Below are positions 28,709 to 38,272 of a stretch of 64,000 bases of DNA, one piece after another. The stretch covers positions 3,010 through 67,009 of the forward strand of contig JAXHTS010000072.1 in the NCBI GenBank assembly GCA_034190085.1, written 5' to 3'. The notes beneath the pieces are model-generated. The model made no database searches. It was not told the DNA's origin and saw nothing but the letters and a program-made list of their open reading frames with translations. Within the stretch, counting starts at the first letter, position 1, and every line of letters begins with the position of its first letter. This DNA is from Spirochaetota bacterium (GTDB taxonomy: Bacteria > Spirochaetota > UBA4802 > JAFGDQ01). Made by a program: the position numbers and the translations under genes.

Positions 28709-31700
28709 ATGTACTTTGAACCGATTGCAATTATTGGACAGTCATGCGTCCTCCCAGGAGCATTAAATCCTCAAGAGTTATGGGACATATTAGCAAAGGG
28801 CCAGGATGTATTAGCCAAAGTGCCAGACGGCTACTGGCGTACTGATACAGAACTGGTATTCGCACAATCTTACAAAGATTCTGAAGACCGCACATGGACT
28901 GATCGTGGAGGCTATGTGCGCGACTTTGATTCAGTATTTGATCCTGAGGGCTTTGCCATTTCAAAGGATGAGATATTACTCTTCGATCCGCTTGTTCATT
29001 GGATTTTTCATACAGGACGAGAAGCGCTTAAAGATTCTGGTTATCCTAGCGCCTCCAATATCAAGGCTGGCGCAATTTTTGGTAATCTCTCCTATCCATC
29101 TCACTCGTTGACTCAGTTTGCAGAATCAGTATGGCTTGATGCTCAAGCTAACAATTTCATTGGAGGCAAATCTCGACAGATAGCTGGAATAGACAGGCCT
29201 CACCCTCTCAACCGCTTTATGTCAGGCCTTCCCGCTCATATGTTAGCTCGCGCCCTGGAATTGAAAGCCGGCGCCTTTGCCCTTGACGCTGCCTGTGCTT
29301 CCTCCCTATACGCCATTAAATTAGCATGTGATAAACTTCACGACAGAGAGGCGGATCTGATGCTGGCAGGTGGTGTAAACAGAGCAGATGATCTTATCAT
29401 TCACATCGGTTTCTGTGCATTACAAGCGATGAGTCATAGCGGCGAGAGCCGACCCTTTCATCGAAAGGCTGATGGTTTAGTCCCGGCTGAGGGAGCTGGA
29501 TTTATTGTGCTCAAACGACTGGATGATGCGATTGCGTCAGATGATACCATACTGGGCGTTATTCGAGGAATAGGCCTCTCCAATGACGGCCGGGGTCATG
29601 GTCTGCTGGTTCCTTCTGAGGAGGGTCAATTCCGGGCCATTCGACAAGCCTATGATATATCCGGATTATCCCCTGAAGACATCTCACTCATAGAATGTCA
29701 TGCTACAGGAACTCCAATTGGCGATGGGGTTGAGATACGAAGTATAATGAGAGCCTTTGAGGGTCTTAAACAGATCCCAATCGGTTCAATTAAATCTAAT
29801 ATGGGCCATCCCATCACTGTTTCAGGAATCGCAGGTATTTTAAAAATTTTGGGAGCCCTAAAGCATGGCATCCGACCCCCAACACTACATGTGGAGGAGC
29901 CCTTGGAGATAATAAACGATTCTCCCTTTAGGCTGCTTACAGAACCCGAGCCATGGGATAGCGAAAACCCTCGTAGAGCAGTGGTAAACAATTTCGGATT
30001 TGGAGGTAATAATGCGCACATAATTATTGAGGAGTGGGATAAAACCCTTAATAATAAACCGAAAAAAAGGAAGCGGACACCCAAAACGAATAATGAAGAG
30101 ATCGCTATAGTCGGCATTGGTGTTATGGCTGCTGATCTAATAGGTGCTGAAAATTTTGCTCAGGCACTATTCACTGGAGAATCGCGTCTACGGAAACACG
30201 ATGGCGACGACCCCTCAGGATTTACCGAATCTTATCAGTTGCCCATGATGGGCTTGCGCTTTCCACCTGCTGATCTAGAGCAGACCCTACCCCAACAGCT
30301 CTTAGTATTGAAAAGCACATTCGAGGCAATTACAGATGTTGAGAGTCTCCCTGTAGAACGTACGGGCGCGCTCATTGGTATGGGATGCGATGGGGAGGTA
30401 GCACGCTCAAGCGCCTGCTGGCGTCTTCCACAATGGGTAGATAGCTGGAAAGGATCTATCCAGTTTTCAGATGTTGAGGATTGGATATCAAGAGCAAGGG
30501 ATCACATCAATCCCTTCAGAAAGGCTCCTTCAATTGTAGGGGCAATGCCGAATATAGTAGCCAACCGATTATGCAGCCAATTTGATCTAAGAGGGCCAAG
30601 CTTTACAATATCCTCAGAAGAGATTTCAGGAATGAGATGTTTAGAAATAGCTGTTCGGGCTCTTCGGGCTAATGAACTGGACGCAGCAATAGTTGGCGCT
30701 GTTGATGTATGTTGTGAACCAGTGCATAAAGGGGCAGCGAAGGATGTCCTGAATGCAGAATGTCATACACCAGGTGATGCCTCAGTTATCTTAATCCTGA
30801 AGCGACTTACAGACGCTCGTGAGAACTCTGATAAAATCTATGCCATTATTTCTGATAAAGCAGATAATCCTACATTGAGATTAGGCCTTGAAGAAGATTC
30901 AATGAGCCTAATCCCGCTTTTCGGTCATGCTCATGCTGCATCAGGATTGCTTCATGTTGCGGCATCGGCATTAGCCTGTTATTACAAAATTCTACCAACA
31001 GGGAAGGCGAAACTATCCCTCCCCTGGTTAACACCTCAGCAACCCAGATCAGCAGAGATATCCGTAAACGCTTTAGGGGGAGAACGTTCCATTATAAGAT
31101 TGAAAGAGGACATTGATTCCCCTTCAGGACACTTTGTTCTATCCCAATTTCCACGTCTACATATCTATTCAGGCAATACGAGCGAGGATGTTCTTCATAG
31201 TCTGATCAATGGAGAGGAATCAGAGGATGGACCTGCCCGCTTAGTAATCACGGCATCAGATAACGATGAACTTATTGAGCTACAAAAGAAGGCTCAAATC
31301 CTTCTTGAAAAAGGAGAGTTTTCTAGGGATCCTATTATATTAGATAAAGGCATCTACTATAGCGATAATCCTATTGGTGGGGAGATTGCCTTTGTCTTTA
31401 CCGGATCAGCTGGCGTTTATCCTGGTATGGGTAGGGAACTAATGCTGGCCTTCCCTGAATTAGTCGATGAAATCTGTACAGGATTTACCCTAGAGGAGGT
31501 TCTTGACCTAACTAGTGATATCAGTACTGATATGCAAAAATCTCCAGAGAGGATGTTATGGTCAAGCACCCTTCTATCTCAAATCCATGCAAAAATTACT
31601 CAACAGTATTTGGGTATTATTCCTGATGCTGTTATTGGATTTTCCTCAGGCGAGTCCAATTCACTTTTTGCCACTGGAGCCTGGAGAGACTTGAGCAAAA

Positions 31701-34700
31701 TGTTCCAAGAATTTCGAGATACAGGGGTTTTCACTAAAGAGGTAGGTGGTGAATTCAATTGTATCAAACGAGCATGGAAGGATTATGGTATTTCCGATGT
31801 AGATTGGATTAACTATGGATTATTGGTTCCTGAGGATGAGGCTCAATCAATTATTGATTCAGAACCCCTTGTTCATATCATTGTAATCAATGCCCCTGGT
31901 AACATTGTAATTGGTGGTCAAGCAGAGGCCTGCGAGGGTGTTGTGGAGAGGTTAGGACGAGAAAGGGCATACAAATTGGGATACGATGTAGCAGTCCACT
32001 GTTCTGAGATGAAGAAATATGCAGATAAATGGCGCAAATTGCATCATCGCACAACCTTCCCAGTGCCCGATATTCGCTTCTATTCCAGTTCTACATGCAG
32101 TCACTATCAACCAAATGCTGAATTAGCCGCTGATGCGCTTTTGGGGATGGCATCGCAAAGGCTTAATTTTCCTAAAATGGTGGAAAACGCATGGAATGAT
32201 GGGATTAGAATCTTTATTGAACATGGTCCGCGGGATAGCTGTTCAAGGTGGATATCTCAGATACTTGGCAATAGAGAACATGTAACCATACCAATGGATA
32301 GAGCTGAGGTTTCATCAATGACTCAGGTCATTCATGTAATAGCTCAACTAATATGCGCGGGAGTATCCATCAATCATATTGACTTTACTGAGATTTTGAC
32401 CTCATTAAAGGGGAAAGAGAAAACTATGAGTTTAAACACCCTTTCCACCAAGAATCCTCTTAAGACCTATAAGGTTCATCCACCAATTATACAATTCTCT
32501 GAAATCCCTATAGCCGCAGTGCAGGAAGTGAAATCAACAAAAACTCCTGATAATATTGAAACGAGGTTGATTAGAATGCCTAATGATGAGAAAAATGGAA
32601 CTGGGAAGCAAAAGATGTCCCAAGCTCCATGGTTAGCACCCGTATTAGAAGATATCCCAATTAAAACGAGAGGAGACGGTCGGGAAATCATTATTGATAA
32701 TAGCGTTATGCCTGCCAACTCAATTGATCATCAGAGCCTTCCCATTGGGTCAGATTCTCCCATGGGAAATATATTTAATAATATGGTAAAACAAAATGCA
32801 CTTATATCATCCATTCACCGGGACTTTGTGAATCAACAGGCTCTGGTTCATCAACATTTCCTCAAAATGCGCCAAGATGCTTTATCCATCTTAATGAATG
32901 CTTCAAGCCAAGGGTTTGATTTTACAGACAGTACTTTAGTTACAGCTTTGAAACCAGCATTCAATACTCCTCCGACAACCCAGGAACAATATAATGCTGA
33001 ATCTCATGTTACATCAATGGAACCGGATAAAAAAGATACCTTAATGAAATCCCATACTTCAGTAATTGACAAACCTCCAATAATCCCAGATAGGGATTTG
33101 AAGGATTCTTCACTCAATAAGAAGTCGTCCACATATCAATCAGCTATAGCTAGACAGTTCTCAAAACCGGAAGCGAAGAAACCCATAGGCCCAAGGTTCT
33201 CCAGGAAAGAGCTTGAGATACTGGCATCTGGCAAAATTTCAGAAGTTTTTGGCCCACTATTTGAGGTACAGGATCACTATCACCGCCAGGTTCGTCTACC
33301 AAAACCGCCATTGCTATTAACAGACAGGGTCACAGGATTGGATGCTGAAGCAGGATCCATGGGCAAGGGCATAATATGGACAGAAACGGATGTCAAAAAG
33401 GACGCCTGGTACATCAACGATATCTATATGCCAGCGGGGGTCACAGTAGAGGCTGGGCAGAGCGATCTGTTGCTTATCTCATGGCTTGGAGCTGACTTTA
33501 AGAACATGGGTGAGCGGGTCTACCGCCTGTTAGGCTGTGATCTGGTGTACTATGGCTCCCCTCCAAAAGTGGGAGACACACTATGTTATGAAATCTATGT
33601 GGATGGACATGCCAATGTAGGCGATGTTCGCATCTTCTTCTTTCATTATGATTGCAGAATAAACGGGGAGATCCGCCTATCAGTTCGAAACGCCCAGGCA
33701 GGTTTCTTCTCTGATGAAGAGTTGGCTAATTCCGGAGGTGTGCTATGGGAAGCAGAAACTGGGGAACATAAGGATAAAGCGGATGCTCGCGTTGATCCAC
33801 TTATAGTTGACTGCACAAGAAGCAAATTTTCAGTGGATCAGGTTAGGGCATTTTCTCAAGGACGAGTCTATGAATGCTTTGGACCTGGATTTGAGATAGC
33901 AGAGACCCATACAAAGACCCCCAAGCTTCCACCAGGGAGGCTGCTACTGCTCCACCATGTGAGTCAATTCAATCCCAAGGGCGGACCATGGGGAAGGGGA
34001 TATTTGCGATCAGAATATAACATCTCTCCTGATGAATGGTTCTTAACCTGTCATTTCAAGAATGATCCTTGTATGCCAGGGACCTTGATGAGTGATGCCT
34101 GTTTGCAGACCCTTGCCTTTTATGTCACAGCCATGGGCTTTACGCTGAATAAGGATGGCTGGCGCTTTGATCCTGTGCCTGACGAGATATATCACATCAT
34201 CTGTCGTGGGCAGGTAACACCCAAGAGTAATACTATAATCTATGAGACATTTGTTGAAGAGGTTATTGATAGCCCCTATCCTACTGTATACGCTGACATC
34301 CTTGCTACATGTGATGGCCTTAAGATATTGCATATACGCCGCTTGGGTATACGTCTTGTACCGGATTGGCCACTTAATTGTTGGCCCGAACTTATAGAAA
34401 ATCATGAGGAGACAAGACCTGTAGCCAGTGTTGGCGATTTCCGTTTTGATTATAAATCACTGCTTGCCTGCGCATGGGGCAGACCCTCTGATGCTTTTGG
34501 AGAGAATGGAAAAGCGTTCGACGGACCGCGCCACATCGCTAGACTGCCTGGACCGCCCTATCACTTTATGTCACGGATTTCCAAGCTAGAGGCTGAAATG
34601 GGAAGCATGAAATCTGGTGAATCCATTGAGGTTGAGTATGATGTACCAACTGACGCGTGGTATTTTGACATGAATGGAAATCCTACAATGCCCTTCTGTG

Positions 34701-36775
34701 TTTTGATGGAGGTGGCAATGCAGCCATGCGGATGGCTGGCTGTATTCGAGGGCTGTCCAGCCAGCACAGAAAATGACCTCTATTTTAGAAACATCGATGG
34801 TACAGGCAGAATAACCGCTGAAATACTTCCAAACACAGAGACAATACGCACCCGCACCACGCTAACCAGCATATCCCGCATGTCGAATCTAATTCTGGTT
34901 AACTTTGATGTGATATGTTTTGTTGAAGAGACGCCAGTTTATAATATGAAAACAAGATTCGGATTCTTTCCCAAGGAGGCCCTGGATCAACAGATTGGAT
35001 TGCCATCCACAGAAGATGAGAAGGGATGGCTTGAGGAATCCTGCGATTTTCTTGTTGATCTTACAGAATTGCCGGATCGCTACTTTAATGGCAAATTACG
35101 TCTACCGAGGCCGATGCTGCTTATGCTTGACCGCATTACAGGCTACTGGCCTAAGGGTGGAGGGAACGGACTCAGACGCTTGAGGGCTGAAAAGGATGTA
35201 AATGTTAGCGAATGGTTCTTCAAGGCACACTTCATGTCCGATCCGATACAGCCGGGCTCCCTTGGAGTCGAGTCAATGGTGCAATTATTGCAGTTTTACA
35301 TGTTACATGAGCACATGGAGGAAGGTATTGAACACCCACGCTTTGAGCCCCTTGCCCTTAACAGACCAACCACCTGGAAGTACAGGGGGCAGGTGACGCC
35401 AAACAAGAAACGCATCTCTGTTGAGATGAATATCCTTGAGCGTGGCAGAGATGAGGCTGGGGCCTATTCCGTGGCCGAGGCATGGTTATGGGTAGATGAG
35501 CTAAGAATATTCCATGTTAAGGATTTAGGCATGCGCATCGTCTCAGGAAATCCACCGACAAAAGCTGAAGGCGGCACAAGGCATAATAAAAAAAATAATT
35601 CCAATAATATAGAGAATATGATAAAGGAAGCCGTAGCGGATAAAGCTAATGTTAATCCATCAACTGTCAGGTTTATAGAGAATAGGAACGTAGCCCTTTG
35701 TGAAGCCATGCCACTTACTCTATATCCAGTTGAGATGAAAGACAAAAAGAACAAAGCCCCATTAGTGAAGTTAGGGGAGCCCTTCCTCGACTTTGATAGA
35801 ATGCTGTCCTATGGACGTAAAATATGGGGATTGGGGCAATGGATTGGAGAAAAAATTACCCAAGGACTCTGCGAACAGTTTACTCGGTTTTTAATCTTGG
35901 AGGATCCAGCGATATTGAAGAGCATTCATGGAAGAAGCGTTTTATACCTTGCCAATCATCAGGTTCAGGTTGAATCGATGCTATTCCCAATGATGATGCA
36001 GGTGCTGACAGAGAAACGAGTAATGCCAATCGCAAACTCTGATCATCAAAATGGCTGGATCGGCATGCTGAATGAGTTCACCTATTCCTATCCTGGTGTA
36101 ACCTATCCAAGAAATATAGTCTTCTTTGATCAGAACGATAGGAGATCAATGTTTGACATAATTGAGGGTTTTAAGGCAATGATTGATAGGGAGGGAATAT
36201 CTGTTTTTCTCCATGTGGAAGGGAAATTAGGATTAAGCTGCCGCAACCCTGTTAAGATATTAAGTTCTGTCTTTATTGACATGGCCATCAGCTCAAACCT
36301 CCCCATTGTGCCAATTCGTTTCATTGGAGGACTCCCAGTAGAGGAGATGGGAATCCCTTTGGACTTCCCAGTTGGTTACTGCAAACAGGATTATTACATT
36401 GGAAGTCCGATCTTTCCTGAAGAGCTGAATGCTATGCCCTATGCTGAACGCAGAAAATATGTTATCAAATCCATCAATAATCTGGGACATCCAAACAAGA
36501 CTGAAAAACCCAATCCACCGAATACTCGTTTCAAAAAGGAAGTAGAGGCATGGATGGCTAAAACAGGATCAACAGAGATAAAGGCAGTGCTCTTTAAGGT
36601 ACTGGAGGGTCTCACTGACACAACAGATAAGGAAACCCAGGCGTTGATTAATGCTATCCGTGAGGGCAAACTGTTGATAAAGAATAATGAGAAGGGCAAA
36701 TGGATTTCAGATCTTGCTCAATGGCTTATTGAACCCAGGAAGCTAAAAATAGCTTATAGTGATGGAGAACATTAA
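28709..36775 (+). CDS. pfaC: PfaC-like PKS/FAS: KS-CLF-AT-(FabA-type DH)2 with a C-terminal 1-acylglycerol-3-phosphate acyltransferase (AGPAT/LPLAT) domain
   Basis: 2688 aa. KS: LDAACASS (~29283-29305), CHATGT, GHPITVSG. The second KS-like domain lacks the active Cys (FTISSEEISG), so it is a CLF. AT: GFSSGESN (~31638-31655). Two FabA-like hot-dog DHs carry TCHFKNDPCMPGTL (~34048-34085) and KAHFMSDPIQPGSL (~35221-35260). The acyltransferase motifs are ANHQVQVES, LHVEGKLG and LPIVPIRF. This matches the Pfa3 architecture described for myxobacterial PUFA synthases. Confidence 0.92.
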   Translation: MYFEPIAIIGQSCVLPGALNPQELWDILAKGQDVLAKVPDGYWRTDTELVFAQSYKDSEDRTWTDRGGYVRDFDSVFDPEGFAISKDEILLFDPLVHWIFHTGREALKDSGYPSASNIKAGAIFGNLSYPSHSLTQFAESVWLDAQANNFIGGKSRQIAGIDRPHPLNRFMSGLPAHMLARALELKAGAFALDAACASSLYAIKLACDKLHDREADLMLAGGVNRADDLIIHIGFCALQAMSHSGESRPFHRKADGLVPAEGAGFIVLKRLDDAIASDDTILGVIRGIGLSNDGRGHGLLVPSEEGQFRAIRQAYDISGLSPEDISLIECHATGTPIGDGVEIRSIMRAFEGLKQIPIGSIKSNMGHPITVSGIAGILKILGALKHGIRPPTLHVEEPLEIINDSPFRLLTEPEPWDSENPRRAVVNNFGFGGNNAHIIIEEWDKTLNNKPKKRKRTPKTNNEEIAIVGIGVMAADLIGAENFAQALFTGESRLRKHDGDDPSGFTESYQLPMMGLRFPPADLEQTLPQQLLVLKSTFEAITDVESLPVERTGALIGMGCDGEVARSSACWRLPQWVDSWKGSIQFSDVEDWISRARDHINPFRKAPSIVGAMPNIVANRLCSQFDLRGPSFTISSEEISGMRCLEIAVRALRANELDAAIVGAVDVCCEPVHKGAAKDVLNAECHTPGDASVILILKRLTDARENSDKIYAIISDKADNPTLRLGLEEDSMSLIPLFGHAHAASGLLHVAASALACYYKILPTGKAKLSLPWLTPQQPRSAEISVNALGGERSIIRLKEDIDSPSGHFVLSQFPRLHIYSGNTSEDVLHSLINGEESEDGPARLVITASDNDELIELQKKAQILLEKGEFSRDPIILDKGIYYSDNPIGGEIAFVFTGSAGVYPGMGRELMLAFPELVDEICTGFTLEEVLDLTSDISTDMQKSPERMLWSSTLLSQIHAKITQQYLGIIPDAVIGFSSGESNSLFATGAWRDLSKMFQEFRDTGVFTKEVGGEFNCIKRAWKDYGISDVDWINYGLLVPEDEAQSIIDSEPLVHIIVINAPGNIVIGGQAEACEGVVERLGRERAYKLGYDVAVHCSEMKKYADKWRKLHHRTTFPVPDIRFYSSSTCSHYQPNAELAADALLGMASQRLNFPKMVENAWNDGIRIFIEHGPRDSCSRWISQILGNREHVTIPMDRAEVSSMTQVIHVIAQLICAGVSINHIDFTEILTSLKGKEKTMSLNTLSTKNPLKTYKVHPPIIQFSEIPIAAVQEVKSTKTPDNIETRLIRMPNDEKNGTGKQKMSQAPWLAPVLEDIPIKTRGDGREIIIDNSVMPANSIDHQSLPIGSDSPMGNIFNNMVKQNALISSIHRDFVNQQALVHQHFLKMRQDALSILMNASSQGFDFTDSTLVTALKPAFNTPPTTQEQYNAESHVTSMEPDKKDTLMKSHTSVIDKPPIIPDRDLKDSSLNKKSSTYQSAIARQFSKPEAKKPIGPRFSRKELEILASGKISEVFGPLFEVQDHYHRQVRLPKPPLLLTDRVTGLDAEAGSMGKGIIWTETDVKKDAWYINDIYMPAGVTVEAGQSDLLLISWLGADFKNMGERVYRLLGCDLVYYGSPPKVGDTLCYEIYVDGHANVGDVRIFFFHYDCRINGEIRLSVRNAQAGFFSDEELANSGGVLWEAETGEHKDKADARVDPLIVDCTRSKFSVDQVRAFSQGRVYECFGPGFEIAETHTKTPKLPPGRLLLLHHVSQFNPKGGPWGRGYLRSEYNISPDEWFLTCHFKNDPCMPGTLMSDACLQTLAFYVTAMGFTLNKDGWRFDPVPDEIYHIICRGQVTPKSNTIIYETFVEEVIDSPYPTVYADILATCDGLKILHIRRLGIRLVPDWPLNCWPELIENHEETRPVASVGDFRFDYKSLLACAWGRPSDAFGENGKAFDGPRHIARLPGPPYHFMSRISKLEAEMGSMKSGESIEVEYDVPTDAWYFDMNGNPTMPFCVLMEVAMQPCGWLAVFEGCPASTENDLYFRNIDGTGRITAEILPNTETIRTRTTLTSISRMSNLILVNFDVICFVEETPVYNMKTRFGFFPKEALDQQIGLPSTEDEKGWLEESCDFLVDLTELPDRYFNGKLRLPRPMLLMLDRITGYWPKGGGNGLRRLRAEKDVNVSEWFFKAHFMSDPIQPGSLGVESMVQLLQFYMLHEHMEEGIEHPRFEPLALNRPTTWKYRGQVTPNKKRISVEMNILERGRDEAGAYSVAEAWLWVDELRIFHVKDLGMRIVSGNPPTKAEGGTRHNKKNNSNNIENMIKEAVADKANVNPSTVRFIENRNVALCEAMPLTLYPVEMKDKKNKAPLVKLGEPFLDFDRMLSYGRKIWGLGQWIGEKITQGLCEQFTRFLILEDPAILKSIHGRSVLYLANHQVQVESMLFPMMMQVLTEKRVMPIANSDHQNGWIGMLNEFTYSYPGVTYPRNIVFFDQNDRRSMFDIIEGFKAMIDREGISVFLHVEGKLGLSCRNPVKILSSVFIDMAISSNLPIVPIRFIGGLPVEEMGIPLDFPVGYCKQDYYIGSPIFPEELNAMPYAERRKYVIKSINNLGHPNKTEKPNPPNTRFKKEVEAWMAKTGSTEIKAVLFKVLEGLTDTTDKETQALINAIREGKLLIKNNEKGKWISDLAQWLIEPRKLKIAYSDGEH
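35830..36480 (+). other. AGPAT/LPLAT-type acyltransferase domain fused to the PfaC-like protein (approximate bounds)
   Basis: Motif I reads NHQVQVE (His codon 35957-35959, Glu codon 35972-35974), so it is H(X)4E rather than the canonical H(X)4D. The motif III-like VEGKLG lies at ~36209-36232. The motif IV-like LPIVPIRF lies at ~36298-36321. Confidence 0.7.
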
Positions 36776-36838
36776 ATCTATCTTAATCATTAAAGATCTG
36801 TGGAATGTGAGAGGTAATTTAAATCCAAGGAGGACAAA

Positions 36839-38215
36839 ATGGAAATAAATCAATTGCTTGGCATTGGGAAAGCCGCCTTAAAGAGCTACAGATACTCGAG
36901 ACGTGCATGGAAGAGCCCTGAATCATTGAAGAGACTGCAAGACAATGCATTGCAACGAGCCGTGTCAATAGCATATCACCATACTGATTTTTATTTGGAA
37001 AAATATAATAAATATGGAATTCATCCTTCAGAGATAAAGACAATAGAGGATTTACCGAAGCTACCGATTATTACAAAACAGGAGTTAATAGATTACTTCA
37101 ATGCCGCTGTTCCAAGATCATTAAACAAGAACAAGGCCTTTCTCATGGGGACCTCCGGTTCCACGGGTCAGCCGCTACAGGTTTATAAGGATTACACATG
37201 GCTGGCACATTCCCTTGGTTTTGGTTTACGGATGTTGAAACTGCACAGAATGGGTCTTCCTAAAGCAGCGTTCATATTCGATATAAACTCTATGTCCAGC
37301 ATTGAGAATAAGACAAAAAATTTCTATAAATACTTTACCAAAAGGGCTATGCTAATTCCAGTGGAACTGGATGTAGTGGAGATCATGGAACGCCTGGAAA
37401 AGGCAAATGTGCACTACATCGCCACCTATACAGGCGTTATGAGAGAACTGGCTACCCTAAGAAAAAATGGTATGGGCAAAAAGCTAAAATTAAAAAAGGT
37501 TGGCCTCACTGGAGAGCTTCTGGATGAATACACCCGAGAATATATTGAGGATGCATTTGATTGTTATTGCTATAGCTCATATATTTCCACAGAAGGGGGA
37601 ACAATTGCAATAGAGTGTGAAAACAAAAAGATGCATATAAATTCAGACTATGTGATGGTGGAAGTCGTGGATCAAAACGGCACACCCTTACCTGCTGGTG
37701 AAGATGGCAGCATCCTCCTAACCTGTTATGACGGAGGATATGGAACACCTATCATAAGATATAGTGGATGCTCAGATGTAGGTCAACTCCTTCCGGATAA
37801 ATGCGACTGTGGCTTGAATACACCCATTATGGGGCCAATAAAGGGACGATCCGTTGACTCAATTCATCTGCCTGACGGTAGAGTATACCATGCATTTTCA
37901 ATGACCATACCAATGGAGAAGATACAACGAGAATATAGCAATGAACGTATTCGCCAATACCAGATCGTTCAACACGAACTCAATAAGATAACAATTAGCC
38001 TAATTCGCAATGAAGAAAAGAACAAGGAGGGTGATTCCCTTTCTGACCTTATGGAAATCATCCAAAGAGCCTATCAGGATCAACTCGGCTCTGAAATGGA
38101 CTTGAAGGTTCAGGAGGTTCAGGAATTAACCAAAATTGAAAATGTTGGGATGCCAACCCCTCTTGTATTATCTCAGATTGGCAAGAAAGAGAAACAGGGG
38201 ATAAAGGAATTATAA
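36839..38215 (+). CDS. PaaK / coenzyme-F390-synthetase-like adenylate-forming enzyme (acyl-CoA or acyl-AMP ligase)
   Basis: 458 aa with a strong AAGGAGGA RBS 7 nt upstream, 63 nt after the pfaC-like stop. The P-loop-like motif MGTSGSTGQPLQVY comes after an ~100-aa N-terminal region, and the short overall length fits the family. Together these are characteristic of the PaaK/CapK/F390-synthetase branch of ANL enzymes. Confidence 0.7.
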   Translation: MEINQLLGIGKAALKSYRYSRRAWKSPESLKRLQDNALQRAVSIAYHHTDFYLEKYNKYGIHPSEIKTIEDLPKLPIITKQELIDYFNAAVPRSLNKNKAFLMGTSGSTGQPLQVYKDYTWLAHSLGFGLRMLKLHRMGLPKAAFIFDINSMSSIENKTKNFYKYFTKRAMLIPVELDVVEIMERLEKANVHYIATYTGVMRELATLRKNGMGKKLKLKKVGLTGELLDEYTREYIEDAFDCYCYSSYISTEGGTIAIECENKKMHINSDYVMVEVVDQNGTPLPAGEDGSILLTCYDGGYGTPIIRYSGCSDVGQLLPDKCDCGLNTPIMGPIKGRSVDSIHLPDGRVYHAFSMTIPMEKIQREYSNERIRQYQIVQHELNKITISLIRNEEKNKEGDSLSDLMEIIQRAYQDQLGSEMDLKVQEVQELTKIENVGMPTPLVLSQIGKKEKQGIKEL

Positions 38216-38272
38216 ATCAACACCTTTGAAAGCCAATAAACGAAACAACGTGAGCATGATGATCTATTATGG

